The notes: a model not told the origin generated them from the sequence alone. 39,189 nucleotides of DNA from a virus (IMGVR_UViG_2703718862_000013); one strand, 5' to 3'. Counted from the stretch's first letter, positions 27,364 to 36,023 are shown. Numbers and translations: made by a program.

Positions 27364-27735
27364 TTACTTCGTCTTTCCTGCCGGAACAGCAGGCGTTCCG
27401 GCCATATCAGTAAATTCATGTTGTCGCCGCGCCTCCAGACGACGAATACTGGCCTTGTCCACGTTGCAGTTCTTGATCACCGCCAGCAGTTGCAGGTTGT
27501 AAGTGACCGATGCCCCAAACGTGAACGGCTCCGGCGCAGGAGGCACCAGGCAGTCAGCCAGCCATTCAGCGGGGATCGGCACCGGCTTCACAGGCACGTA
27601 TTTCACAGACGGCCCGGCGCACCCGATCAGCCACATCATCAGGAACAGGGGCAGAGGCCGCAGGCACTGCTGCCAGCGACCGGCGGACAACGCTCTGCTG
27701 CCCCTCGCTGTGCTGAATGTTCTGTTGTTTTTCAT
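27364..27735 (-). CDS. Outer-membrane spanin lipoprotein (o-spanin), start uncertain
   Basis: Lipobox-like L-I-G-C preceded by hydrophobic stretch, Pro-rich; overlaps i-spanin in another frame. Confidence 0.5.
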   Translation of the reverse strand: MKNNRTFSTARGSRALSAGRWQQCLRPLPLFLMMWLIGCAGPSVKYVPVKPVPIPAEWLADCLVPPAPEPFTFGASVTYNLQLLAVIKNCNVDKASIRRLEARRQHEFTDMAGTPAVPAGKTK

Positions 27736-28066
27736 TCGTGGCCGCCTCACTGATTTGTGAAATGAGTTGCAGGGTGCGTTGCTGGTTTGCCAGCACCAGA
27801 CGGGCTTCGTCCCGTTCGCGCACAAGCACATGATTATTGTCCTCAAGGCGCTGCGTCTTCTGGTGCATTCCCCATACCACGGCAGCCAGCACGCTCATCA
27901 CCCCCAGCGCCGCCATACAGCCTCCGGCAATCAGGGCCGGTAAGGGATTATTCACCGCAGCCACAGCACACCCCGCAGCAGCACAACGGCACACAGCAGC
28001 GCAATCATGAGCGGTCGCCAGAAGCGGTTCAGACTTTCGGCAAATCGTAGCGACATAACCATTCAT
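27566..28066 (-). CDS. Inner-membrane spanin (i-spanin), start uncertain
   Basis: N-terminal TM segment followed by coiled-coil; directly after endolysin. Confidence 0.55.
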   Translation of the reverse strand: MNGYVATICRKSEPLLATAHDCAAVCRCAAAGCAVAAVNNPLPALIAGGCMAALGVMSVLAAVVWGMHQKTQRLEDNNHVLVRERDEARLVLANQQRTLQLISQISEAATNEKQQNIQHSEGQQSVVRRSLAAVPAASAPVPDDVADRVRRAVCEIRACEAGADPR

Positions 28067-28529
28067 CCGCCGAACGGCGGGCCTCAAGACCGGGGAGTTT
28101 CACCCCCTTCGAATAAATCCAGCGGATGTACTGCTTACAGGACGCGGGCATCTGCCCGGCATTGATCAGGCGCAGAAGCGTGGAGTTGCGGAAGTTCGTT
28201 TCACCAGCCCAGAAGATCCACGAAGCCAGCGCCACCGTCTGACCACGGGTAAGCGGCACCTGAACACGCCGATCAATGGCCGCAAAGGCCCATTTCATGT
28301 CCTTTTCCAGTAGTTCCAGGCATTCTTCATCCGTCAGGGTCATACCCGGTTTCACATCCGGGCCGGTATGGCCGTAACAGATGGTTGGTGTACCGGTGGG
28401 ATCGATATACGTGGAGTTTTCTTTCCCTTCCCAGTAACCGGTGTAATGCGTGGCAATCGTGAACGTCCCGGCACCGGCCAGAACAAGGGCAATCAGCTTT
28501 TTACGCAGTGGTGCGGGGAGTTTTGGCAT
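28029..28529 (-). CDS. lys: SAR endolysin (phage lysozyme)
   Basis: Hydrophobic N-terminus LIALVLAGAGTFTIA; YIDPTG..TICYGHTG and NFRNSTLLRLIN match recalled P21-type lysozyme. Confidence 0.85.
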   Translation of the reverse strand: MPKLPAPLRKKLIALVLAGAGTFTIATHYTGYWEGKENSTYIDPTGTPTICYGHTGPDVKPGMTLTDEECLELLEKDMKWAFAAIDRRVQVPLTRGQTVALASWIFWAGETNFRNSTLLRLINAGQMPASCKQYIRWIYSKGVKLPGLEARRSADEWLCRYDLPKV

Positions 28530-28600
28530 TGTTACGCTGTCTCATGATGTTCTCTGAGTCAGCGTAACGGTGAAGGAAAGGCGGCAGGCTTTGCGGAATA

Positions 28601-29023
28601 TCAGAAAAGTGGCGGTTGCGTTCTTGCCAGATGCAGACGGCGCTGTTCGCGTATGACGGTATAAATCTGGGTTTCTGACATCCTGTAATGGCGGCGCAGG
28701 GTTTCAATTTTTTCGCCCTGGCTCCAGCGGGAAAAAATCTCATTATTGCGCAGTTCGGTGAAAAGGGATTCACCGACCGGGAGATAATAACCACGCCCGC
28801 CCATGTACCCGGCCTGTGCGGCCGCAACTTTACGGGCAAGCATTCCTGCCTGAGCAGGTTCAATCCCCTGACGGTGCAGTTCAGCACTGATCACATCAAC
28901 CAGGTCCCGCAGCGTGCCGGGCCAGTTCTTTTTCAGCTCATCATCAGGAATGTCATCCAGACGGTCAATCAGCGCGTGCAGCTGTTCGCTGTCACCAAAC
29001 ATGCTCATCTGTGTTTCAGCCAT
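28601..29023 (-). CDS. Mor/C-family transcriptional activator
   Basis: C-terminal HTH region ...YYLP.G.SL...LRN.EIF..W.....I..L...Y..S...IY.VIR..RR...QPPLF resembles recalled Mu Mor; Mor versus C not distinguishable here. Confidence 0.75.
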   Translation of the reverse strand: MAETQMSMFGDSEQLHALIDRLDDIPDDELKKNWPGTLRDLVDVISAELHRQGIEPAQAGMLARKVAAAQAGYMGGRGYYLPVGESLFTELRNNEIFSRWSQGEKIETLRRHYRMSETQIYTVIREQRRLHLARTQPPLF

Positions 29024-29055
29024 ACCCGCCTCCGGTCATCATTACACAGGGCAAG

Positions 29056-29088
29056 TTTAAAATAAAAATCCCGCGCTGTGGCGGGATT
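29056..29088 (-). terminator. Intrinsic terminator hairpin, copy 1
   Basis: AAATCCCGC-GCTGTG-GCGGGATTT with U-tract on minus strand. Confidence 0.6.
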
Positions 29089-29363
29089 TAGAGGCGCTGT
29101 AAATCATAACCCGAAATGAGCTGTGTATTTATTGATCATTTTCCGGTGTAACTATATGATAAAGATCGTTTTTATTTTTAAAAATACAAACCCTGAAGGA
29201 GTTTTTCTTATCAAAAAGCTTGTGCATATTGCGGGTTATTGTTGTTTCATCAACATGAAAACCAATTATCCCAACTCTTAAAGCACACCAGGCTTGCTCC
29301 AGTGCAAAAACAAATAATTTCAGTCTGCCTGACAGCGTTCCACCGGAATAAAGGAAGATATCC

Positions 29364-29786
29364 ATGAAACAACCTCCATCTTTGCTTTTATCGTGCCCAC
29401 CAGAACTGGCCCATGAACTCAATGATCTGGCGAAAGAGTATAAACTTACAAATCATAATATAGAAGCAGCAACACTTAGTGCTGCCGGAAGCGATATTGT
29501 ATTGATCGTTCTGGCCGCAGCTTCATGCGATGGGTTCTGGCAGGCATTAGCCAGTATGTTTCAGACGTGGTTACATCGTAAACCAACAAAACAAACACCC
29601 CCGGAAAAGAAAGTTATTCGTAGCGTCATTGTTCGTAGCTGGGAACACTATCAGGAGACAACTAAACAAACTGAATTTTATAACTTTGATGCTGATGAGC
29701 TGGCTAAATTGATAGCGTTATATGAAAAACCAGATGAAACAATTGGTTGCATAATCCCGTCAGAAACGGAAATTCAGGAAAAATAA
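29364..29786 (+). CDS. Moron-encoded hypothetical protein (140 aa), opposite strand to surrounding operon
   Basis: Strong AAGGAAG Shine-Dalgarno; AT-rich island; stop abuts terminator hairpin. Confidence 0.5.
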   Translation: MKQPPSLLLSCPPELAHELNDLAKEYKLTNHNIEAATLSAAGSDIVLIVLAAASCDGFWQALASMFQTWLHRKPTKQTPPEKKVIRSVIVRSWEHYQETTKQTEFYNFDADELAKLIALYEKPDETIGCIIPSETEIQEK

Positions 29787-29809
29787 AATCCCGCACTGTG
29801 GCGGGATTT
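29776..29809 (-). terminator. Intrinsic terminator hairpin, copy 2 (immediately after gemA stop)
   Basis: AAATCCCGC-ACTGTG-GCGGGATTT with UUUUAUUUUU on minus strand. Confidence 0.6.
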
Positions 29810-29812
29810 GGG

Positions 29813-30322
29813 TTAACAGGGGAATGATTTTTCATACAGCCTGCAAACGCGCTCATAACTCATCACTGCACGCTCCGACATATCCAGGGCTGCCAGCATT
29901 TTGCGGCGGTGCCAGCGTTTGAGACGCTCCAGCACATCAGAGGCCAGCTCGGGGTGTTGCTCCAGCCACTGCCAGTTAGCCACACCTTCGCCGCCGTTCT
30001 GCGCGGCCGTCTGCGATTGCACCCAGCGGTTAAGGGCCGTTTCCGCACCATCAGAAATAAAGCCCTGCCGGTGCATCACTTTCCAGATGGCGCGAATTTT
30101 GGCGGTCACCGTACCCGGCTTTAAGGCCCGGTTAACCGGTTTCTGACGCACTTTAAAACCGCGTTTTTTGAAAACATCCAGTACGCGGGATAACTCATCC
30201 GGTGACATATCCCGGCAACTGGCTTTACCGGTGGCTGCCAGCAGTGCGGATGTATAGGTTTCATCATCCAGAGCAAGCTCGCGTTTTGCCACATGAATGG
30301 CAGATATCAGTTTTCCTCTCAT
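29813..30322 (-). CDS. gemA: GemA-like protein (Mu gp16 family)
   Basis: LISAIHVAKRELALDDETY..LL...TGK.SCRDMS..EL..VLD..KKRGFK matches recalled GemA family N-terminus. Confidence 0.7.
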   Translation of the reverse strand: MRGKLISAIHVAKRELALDDETYTSALLAATGKASCRDMSPDELSRVLDVFKKRGFKVRQKPVNRALKPGTVTAKIRAIWKVMHRQGFISDGAETALNRWVQSQTAAQNGGEGVANWQWLEQHPELASDVLERLKRWHRRKMLAALDMSERAVMSYERVCRLYEKSFPC

Positions 30323-30630
30323 ACCGTATTTACCTTTTTACGGACATGGAAAGCCTTTTCTGGCTCATTCCACCGGATATGATGCGTTGGCGGAATAATC
30401 ATTATGTGCCAGCCATCTCTGGTTGTTATTCGGCAGAAAAACTCACCGCTGTATAACACAATGGCCTGCTGAATAAGCGCATCCGCAGCCAGCTCAAGCA
30501 GATATCTTTTATCAAAAAGGCTGATAATTTTCCGGCATAACCACCGGGTGATAACAAATGCGCCGAAAAACGATGTGATATATAAACACCAGAACAGCAG
30601 AGAAATATTGTCCGTTATTTGCTCATCCAT
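30319..30630 (-). CDS. Hypothetical protein with N-terminal TM helix
   Basis: ORF in early operon. Confidence 0.4.
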   Translation of the reverse strand: MDEQITDNISLLFWCLYITSFFGAFVITRWLCRKIISLFDKRYLLELAADALIQQAIVLYSGEFFCRITTRDGWHIMIIPPTHHIRWNEPEKAFHVRKKVNTV

Positions 30631-30955
30631 TGTGTATCTCCCGTAATTCCGGTAAAGCCGAAATATGGCACCAGTGCGTCACCTGTCCATCCTCATCTTC
30701 AAGGCAGGCTCCGGTTTCTTCATCAACAAAAAAACCTTCATACCCGATATGGCCGATGCGCAGCTCCTGTCGGTGACCGTACTGAACAATCAGTACAACA
30801 GCCTCCATATCAGGCGGGAAAGCATCATTCAGTGAATGCCAGGGATAACCGCGCAAATCCCCGAAATAAACCCCGGTCAGGGTTCCGCCACAGACCGGCA
30901 TCCCGGCGGCACATACCAGAGGTTCGTCTGATTCAACAAATAAGGTCGTTATCAT
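30623..30955 (-). CDS. Hypothetical early protein
   Basis: ORF in operon. Confidence 0.4.
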   Translation of the reverse strand: MITTLFVESDEPLVCAAGMPVCGGTLTGVYFGDLRGYPWHSLNDAFPPDMEAVVLIVQYGHRQELRIGHIGYEGFFVDEETGACLEDEDGQVTHWCHISALPELREIHNG

Positions 30956-31503
30956 GGCGTTAACTCCCGTAATACAGCGTCCCCGGCAGTCCGGCGATGG
31001 TGATAAATAAAATTCACCGTACTCTCGGATAATTCAAATTTCTCGCCTATTTCCCGGAAGGTAAGACGTCGTGGTGATTCAGCATCCCGTAATTCACGAA
31101 TAAGATGAACATCATCGTCAGGTATACGGGTGAAGGGCAGCAATTCTCCGTATTTTTTCATGCTTACGCCAATATATCGCGCCCGATTGTGGACAGAATC
31201 CCGGTCTCGCCCCAGATATTCTCCTATTTGCTTACCGGTCATCGTTCTGGCATTTTTTCGGATAAATTTATCTTCATCATGTTTAAATCTTGGACGTTTG
31301 CATTTGAGCAACTCCGGGTAAGTACCGCGTAATAAAACAATCCGGTTATGTACACCCCAGAAACTTCTTTTTACCCTGACAGCAATATCCTTAACCGGGG
31401 TGGATGAATAAAGCGCAATCAGCAGCGCATCTTCTTCAGGTGTCCACGGACGGACATGAGCGGGGGCGCGACCTTTTCGCCCCATGGGTTGTAAAATCAT
31501 CAT
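30952..31503 (-). CDS. Putative DNA-binding protein with repeated HTH-like segments
   Basis: C-terminus ...LTFREIGEKFELSESTVNFIYHHRR loosely resembles Mor/C HTH. Confidence 0.45.
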   Translation of the reverse strand: MMILQPMGRKGRAPAHVRPWTPEEDALLIALYSSTPVKDIAVRVKRSFWGVHNRIVLLRGTYPELLKCKRPRFKHDEDKFIRKNARTMTGKQIGEYLGRDRDSVHNRARYIGVSMKKYGELLPFTRIPDDDVHLIRELRDAESPRRLTFREIGEKFELSESTVNFIYHHRRTAGDAVLRELTP

Positions 31504-31506
31504 ACA

Positions 31507-32022
31507 TCACCCCCTGACTCGCTTTTCAGCAGCATAAAACTCATCAGACAGAATTTCGGTCATTTTCTGATTTGCGGGTTTTACGCCGCACTCAAGGTAA
31601 ATCACATCGTCAACGCAGAACCACTTCACAGGGCCAAACATGATTGCCGAGAAATCAATACCCAGCCAGAACAACAGTGCATCGGTTCTGGCATACGTGA
31701 CGGGCGAATATTCACGCCACAGACTGTTAAGTTCGTCAGAGGCAACGCGCAGGGCTTTGGGAATACGTGATGTGCGCGGTGTGCAGCTCCAGCCATTCGA
31801 CGCAGTCGGTTTTCGCCATAAGTCGCGATGAAAAGGATATTTGTCATCCATAAAGCGCAGCCCCTTAAAACAAAAGCCACTGATACTGAATTCAAATACC
31901 GACCGGCACGCAACATTCAGCACGGCCTCAAGGCGTTTCGCCTCATCTTTTACCGTCTGGCAGTCCTGCTGGTATTTTTGCCACGCAGCCAGCGCGGCAG
32001 GGTTTGATGTTTTAAAGAACAT
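31507..32022 (-). CDS. Hypothetical early protein
   Basis: ORF in operon. Confidence 0.45.
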   Translation of the reverse strand: MFFKTSNPAALAAWQKYQQDCQTVKDEAKRLEAVLNVACRSVFEFSISGFCFKGLRFMDDKYPFHRDLWRKPTASNGWSCTPRTSRIPKALRVASDELNSLWREYSPVTYARTDALLFWLGIDFSAIMFGPVKWFCVDDVIYLECGVKPANQKMTEILSDEFYAAEKRVRG

Positions 32023-32555
32023 TACTCTACCTCCGCAGAAATCGCGGCAGGCGCAGCCGTCCGGTCAACAATCAGGTAACGCAGAACATGTTCGGTGATA
32101 TTCCAGCCGCTTAAACCGCAGATAATGACGCCCAGGCGAATGTCGATATACGCCATCACAAACTGGGGCACGCCTTCTTTCATGGCCTGCTCATCAACTT
32201 CAGCCACCACATAAACGGTTTCACAGGTCAGAACGCCCTGAGCAAATTCCCACGCCATCGACGGAATATCATGCCCCTCAATCCACGGCAGGGATTTTCT
32301 GAAGCTGCACCACTGAACATCATCAGCCGCACCTTCCTGGCTGCATTTGCGACGAACCGGCTGCACCGGGCGGGGACGCGGAATATCATAAAAACCGTTA
32401 CATTCCGTCAGCACCCCGGCATCGACCGCATCACGCAGAAAATAAACCATCGAGGATGGCGGCATATTCATTTTTTCAGCCAGAATGCCGCAGGTCAGAC
32501 GCCCGTAAATACTCAGCCAGTTTTTAACCCCTTCAAGCACTTTTGCATCAATCAT
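32022..32555 (-). CDS. Hypothetical early protein
   Basis: ORF in operon. Confidence 0.45.
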   Translation of the reverse strand: MIDAKVLEGVKNWLSIYGRLTCGILAEKMNMPPSSMVYFLRDAVDAGVLTECNGFYDIPRPRPVQPVRRKCSQEGAADDVQWCSFRKSLPWIEGHDIPSMAWEFAQGVLTCETVYVVAEVDEQAMKEGVPQFVMAYIDIRLGVIICGLSGWNITEHVLRYLIVDRTAAPAAISAEVE

Positions 32556-32558
32556 GAA

Positions 32559-33101
32559 TTATTCCTCCGTCAGCGCCACATATTCAGAATGTTTAATCTC
32601 CTGGCATTCTTCAGGAATACCCCCTTTTATTTCCCTGCCATAAGCGCCTACTTTAAACACCACGCACAGGGCATCACGGGAGAGCGACGGGGTCCACCAG
32701 GAGTCCATGTTAAACATGGAGGGGATTCTCATTACCCCCAGCTTTTCACAGAGCCAGACAAGGAAATCAGGACGCTTTCTTAACTCGCGTTCAGCGGCTT
32801 CAATCATTGCGGCAATCGCCGGTCCTTCAGGGCATGACTCATCAGGTCTGGCAATAAAGCACGGTCCGTCCCCGATAAAAGCCACATCATCGCGCTTACG
32901 CCAGCCCGCAGGCAGAGTACCAGAAAAATAAAACTCACTGATTACGTCCATGGCAAACGGCTTTAAGCGCAATCCGGCAGCGCCTGTATTTTTCAGTAAC
33001 GCCCGAAGAATACTGTTGCGTAGCGGTAAAACAGTCTGTTGATATTTGGTGAAATATTTATTTGTCTGCACACGGTCTAATTTGAAATAAAAATATGCCA
33101 T
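32559..33101 (-). CDS. Hypothetical early protein
   Basis: ORF in operon. Confidence 0.45.
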   Translation of the reverse strand: MAYFYFKLDRVQTNKYFTKYQQTVLPLRNSILRALLKNTGAAGLRLKPFAMDVISEFYFSGTLPAGWRKRDDVAFIGDGPCFIARPDESCPEGPAIAAMIEAAERELRKRPDFLVWLCEKLGVMRIPSMFNMDSWWTPSLSRDALCVVFKVGAYGREIKGGIPEECQEIKHSEYVALTEE

Positions 33102-33198
33102 ATATCCTGTTCCTTATTTTCAGTTTACAGGCGCAGGCAGTCCCCTGACGCGAGCGCCATACTTAAAACGATGTGATATTTAAAGATTTAATGCGGTG

Positions 33199-33729
33199 TT
33201 ATTTATTCAGTCCGGCGTCCTGTTCAAAAGGCTCGACATAAAAACTTTCAGCGCCTTTATTCACCTTAATACCGGCAATGCCTTTCACTGCATCCGGCTC
33301 CGCCAGGACCGCTTCCTTGTTCACTTCCTCTTTCGTGCGGATGAATCGCTCAAGCCCCATACGGCGCAGCATTTCAATCACACCTTCCACATCACGACTG
33401 ACGCTGCATGATGGATTCCCCAGTCGCCATGACACCGTTCCGGTGGTCAGATTGGCAGTTTTGGTTTTGCCGCCGTTCGTCAGCTCATCACGGTTGGTTT
33501 TGCACCAGTCCTGAATCCCCTTAAAAAGCACTTTGATTTCTTTTTTAAGGTTTTCAATCTGCGGCGTATAACGGGCGGTGATTTCTGCCACTTCATCATT
33601 CATCGCTGTTTCCAGGCGCAGCGCCTCTCGCTGAATATCGCCCAGGGTGCGGATATCGCGGCTGACCTCTTCACGGGTCTGCGGTGCCGCCTCTGCTGCG
33701 GCCTTTAATTTTGTAACGCGTTTTGCCAT
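33199..33729 (-). CDS. gam: Gam host-nuclease inhibitor (Ku-like DNA-end-binding protein)
   Basis: RDIRTLGDIQREALRLETAMNDEVAEIT...WCKTNRDELTNGGKTKTANLTTGTVSWR...ERFIRTKEEVNKEA...PFEQDAG closely matches recalled Mu Gam. Confidence 0.85.
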   Translation of the reverse strand: MAKRVTKLKAAAEAAPQTREEVSRDIRTLGDIQREALRLETAMNDEVAEITARYTPQIENLKKEIKVLFKGIQDWCKTNRDELTNGGKTKTANLTTGTVSWRLGNPSCSVSRDVEGVIEMLRRMGLERFIRTKEEVNKEAVLAEPDAVKGIAGIKVNKGAESFYVEPFEQDAGLNK

Positions 33730-33740
33730 TTTGTTTTTCC

Positions 33741-34034
33741 TTATTGCAATGTATCTGGTCCGTTCTGAACAGAACGGCGTTCAACGGAGCTGCTTACCCC
33801 CATGGCCTGCATGGAACCCTGTAGTTCATCTGTCAGAAACTGAATGATTGTGGGGCTGTGATATTTAAGAATTTGTGCATAAACATCACAGGGTCCTGCC
33901 GGTCTGTTCTCTGTATCACGTTCGATTTTTACCGTGGCAGTAACCCCCTCCGTGATTTCCTCACTATCATTACCGGCTGGCTTTACTTCATGCATTACGT
34001 GGTCAAATTCAAAAATAACGCGTACTTTGCTCAT
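33741..34034 (-). CDS. Hypothetical small protein, paralog B (start at MSKVRVIFEF)
   Basis: N-terminus paralogous to adjacent upstream ORF. Confidence 0.4.
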   Translation of the reverse strand: MSKVRVIFEFDHVMHEVKPAGNDSEEITEGVTATVKIERDTENRPAGPCDVYAQILKYHSPTIIQFLTDELQGSMQAMGVSSSVERRSVQNGPDTLQ

Positions 34035-34038
34035 GGAA

Positions 34039-34311
34039 TTACCCCTGTTGATTAAATTCATTACCTTTAATAACCCCGGAACGCATGCTCATATCTTTCA
34101 TGAGCGCACTGGCTTTCATTGCCACAAGTTCAGCAAAGTCTCTGCTTTCCGCGAGCATAACCACCCCAAAAATCATGGCAGGTCCATCACCTTTCTGCTT
34201 TATCCCGGTTGAACGTATGTCCAGACTTATCCCCATGCGCACTGTTCCATCCGCGTTTTTATGGATAACGTGCTCCTTGTATTCGAAAATAATGCGTACG
34301 ACTTTACTCAT
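34039..34311 (-). CDS. Hypothetical small protein, paralog A (MSKVVRIIFEY...)
   Basis: ORF in operon; N-terminus shared with 33741..34034. Confidence 0.4.
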   Translation of the reverse strand: MSKVVRIIFEYKEHVIHKNADGTVRMGISLDIRSTGIKQKGDGPAMIFGVVMLAESRDFAELVAMKASALMKDMSMRSGVIKGNEFNQQG

Positions 34312-34589
34312 CCTCTGGTCCTCGTTCTGTTTGGATAACTGACCCGGCGTCTGACCTCACGGCAGAACCGAATCATGGCATTAAAGGCTTCTTCCTCCGT
34401 CACCGCTTCCGGTATCCCCGGAACCAGTAACTGCTCCTGTTCATCACGTCCATGACGCGCCATAACCTCAATCACATGCCGTACTGTGGCAGGCTTTCCG
34501 GCAACTATCGGCAATGCACCTTCCGGCAGGACGTAACCCAGTTCAATGAGACCGCTCGACCACGCCCACGCAATTAGATTTCGTTTCAC
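34308..34589 (-). CDS. Hypothetical early protein
   Basis: ORF in operon. Confidence 0.4.
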   Translation of the reverse strand: MKRNLIAWAWSSGLIELGYVLPEGALPIVAGKPATVRHVIEVMARHGRDEQEQLLVPGIPEAVTEEEAFNAMIRFCREVRRRVSYPNRTRTRG

Positions 34590-34590
34590 C

Positions 34591-34845
34591 TCACTCCTCC
34601 CAGTAAACCGTGCAGCCGCTGATGCGGGTAGCCTTCACACGGCGGCGCAGGCCGTTGGTCTGTATGGTGATTTCAATTTCACCGGTTCCCTTAACTTCGC
34701 TTACCGGCGGCGTGGTTTTCAGGGCATAACGTTGTGGGTAGCGTTTGCTGCGTTCCAGTACCGCACCGGCAAGTTCAGTCAGACGGCGTGCACTGTTCAG
34801 GGAGTCGAATAAATTCATTTTTTTACCGCAGGATTGCATATTCAT
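34591..34845 (-). CDS. Hypothetical early protein
   Basis: ORF in operon. Confidence 0.4.
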   Translation of the reverse strand: MNMQSCGKKMNLFDSLNSARRLTELAGAVLERSKRYPQRYALKTTPPVSEVKGTGEIEITIQTNGLRRRVKATRISGCTVYWEE

Positions 34846-34857
34846 ATAACACCTCGT

Positions 34858-35085
34858 TTATCTGACTTGTTTTGCACCAACAGAACGGCATATTCCCCTG
34901 TAAACTTCTGTCGCACCTTCGCGATCAAGTCCGGCAGATATCACCATTCGTGTGCGGTCATTAAATTCAAAAAGTAAATCACCACATTCTTTATTTTCGG
35001 CCAGTGAAATCACCTTCACGTTATCGAAATTCACCAGGTAAAAGCGTCCGTAAATATCCGGAATATTAAATACCGCCATAATCAC
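34858..35085 (-). CDS. Hypothetical small protein at the position of Mu kil
   Basis: 75 aa, immediately after B; positional analogy only. Confidence 0.35.
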   Translation of the reverse strand: MIMAVFNIPDIYGRFYLVNFDNVKVISLAENKECGDLLFEFNDRTRMVISAGLDREGATEVYRGICRSVGAKQVR

Positions 35086-36023
35086 ACCTGTGAGAGTAAT
35101 TCAGGGTTGGTATAAACCTCTTTAAAGGCCGCATTAATATGTTTTTCTGTCAGCACAGCGCCTTCACCACTGGCGGTGATCCACGCCTGGTTAAGCGTAT
35201 GCGTCAGAACACGTAATGCTCCCGGTTTTTCAGCGATAGCCTGCATGACGGCCAGCTCGGCCTCACCACTGATCCCCCATGCCCTGGCAATGGCCAGCAC
35301 ATCCGCCTTTTTGGCCTTGCGAAGTTGTTTTGTACGGGCAAGACGGCTGAACAGGCGCGATAAATCATCAACGGCGCGGCGTCCACCTTTAAACAGTCCG
35401 CGCGGGTTACCAATAAGCACCATCCCGATCCCCGTGGCGTCCTGGATTGCCCTGAGTTGCTCCAGACCGTCAATACCAAGATGATCCGCCTCATCAACAA
35501 TCACCAGTCCACGCGTTCCCATCAGGCGACGGCGGATTGCGCGGGATAATGCCCCTTTGTTCGCGCGGGTGTAATCAATCCCCAGTTCCTCTGCCAGCTC
35601 CAGCAGACACTCCGTGACGCTGGAATGCGCAGGCGACAGGGTGATCATCCAGGTGTTCGGTTGCTCCTGACAGTAATTACGGGCTGTGGCCGTTTTACCC
35701 ACACCCGGTACGCCCACAATGACGTTAATACAGCCCATCAGGCGAACCGCCTGAAACAGTGCGCGCAGCTCCTGGACTGTCTGCGTTTCAACAAACTGCG
35801 GCGGCTCGGGCAGTGCGCTTTGTTTATTCCAGTTCTCATACCAGGAACGCAGGGAAGCAGCCACAGCAGCGTTATCGCCTTTATATTTCCCCTTACGGAA
35901 AGCCGATAATGTGCCGTCGGAAATTCCCGCCTCTCTGGCGATGGCATACTGCGTCAGTACGCCGCCATCAATAAGTTCATCAATGGTCTTGATTACATCG
36001 TTAATATCGGTCATATTATTCAC
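35082..36023 (-). CDS. B: MuB-like AAA+ ATPase (target DNA activator of transposition)
   Basis: Walker A GVPGVGKT; LPEPPQFVETQTV, LVIVDEADHLG, KKADV.AIA.AW match recalled MuB. Confidence 0.9.
   Translation of the reverse strand: MNNMTDINDVIKTIDELIDGGVLTQYAIAREAGISDGTLSAFRKGKYKGDNAAVAASLRSWYENWNKQSALPEPPQFVETQTVQELRALFQAVRLMGCINVIVGVPGVGKTATARNYCQEQPNTWMITLSPAHSSVTECLLELAEELGIDYTRANKGALSRAIRRRLMGTRGLVIVDEADHLGIDGLEQLRAIQDATGIGMVLIGNPRGLFKGGRRAVDDLSRLFSRLARTKQLRKAKKADVLAIARAWGISGEAELAVMQAIAEKPGALRVLTHTLNQAWITASGEGAVLTEKHINAAFKEVYTNPELLSQV

Noticed and set aside
29129-29422. Minus-strand 97-aa ORF inside the moron island
   Set aside because: TTG start without RBS; overlaps the better-supported plus-strand ORF start. 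Kept only as a possibility inside the moron finding.
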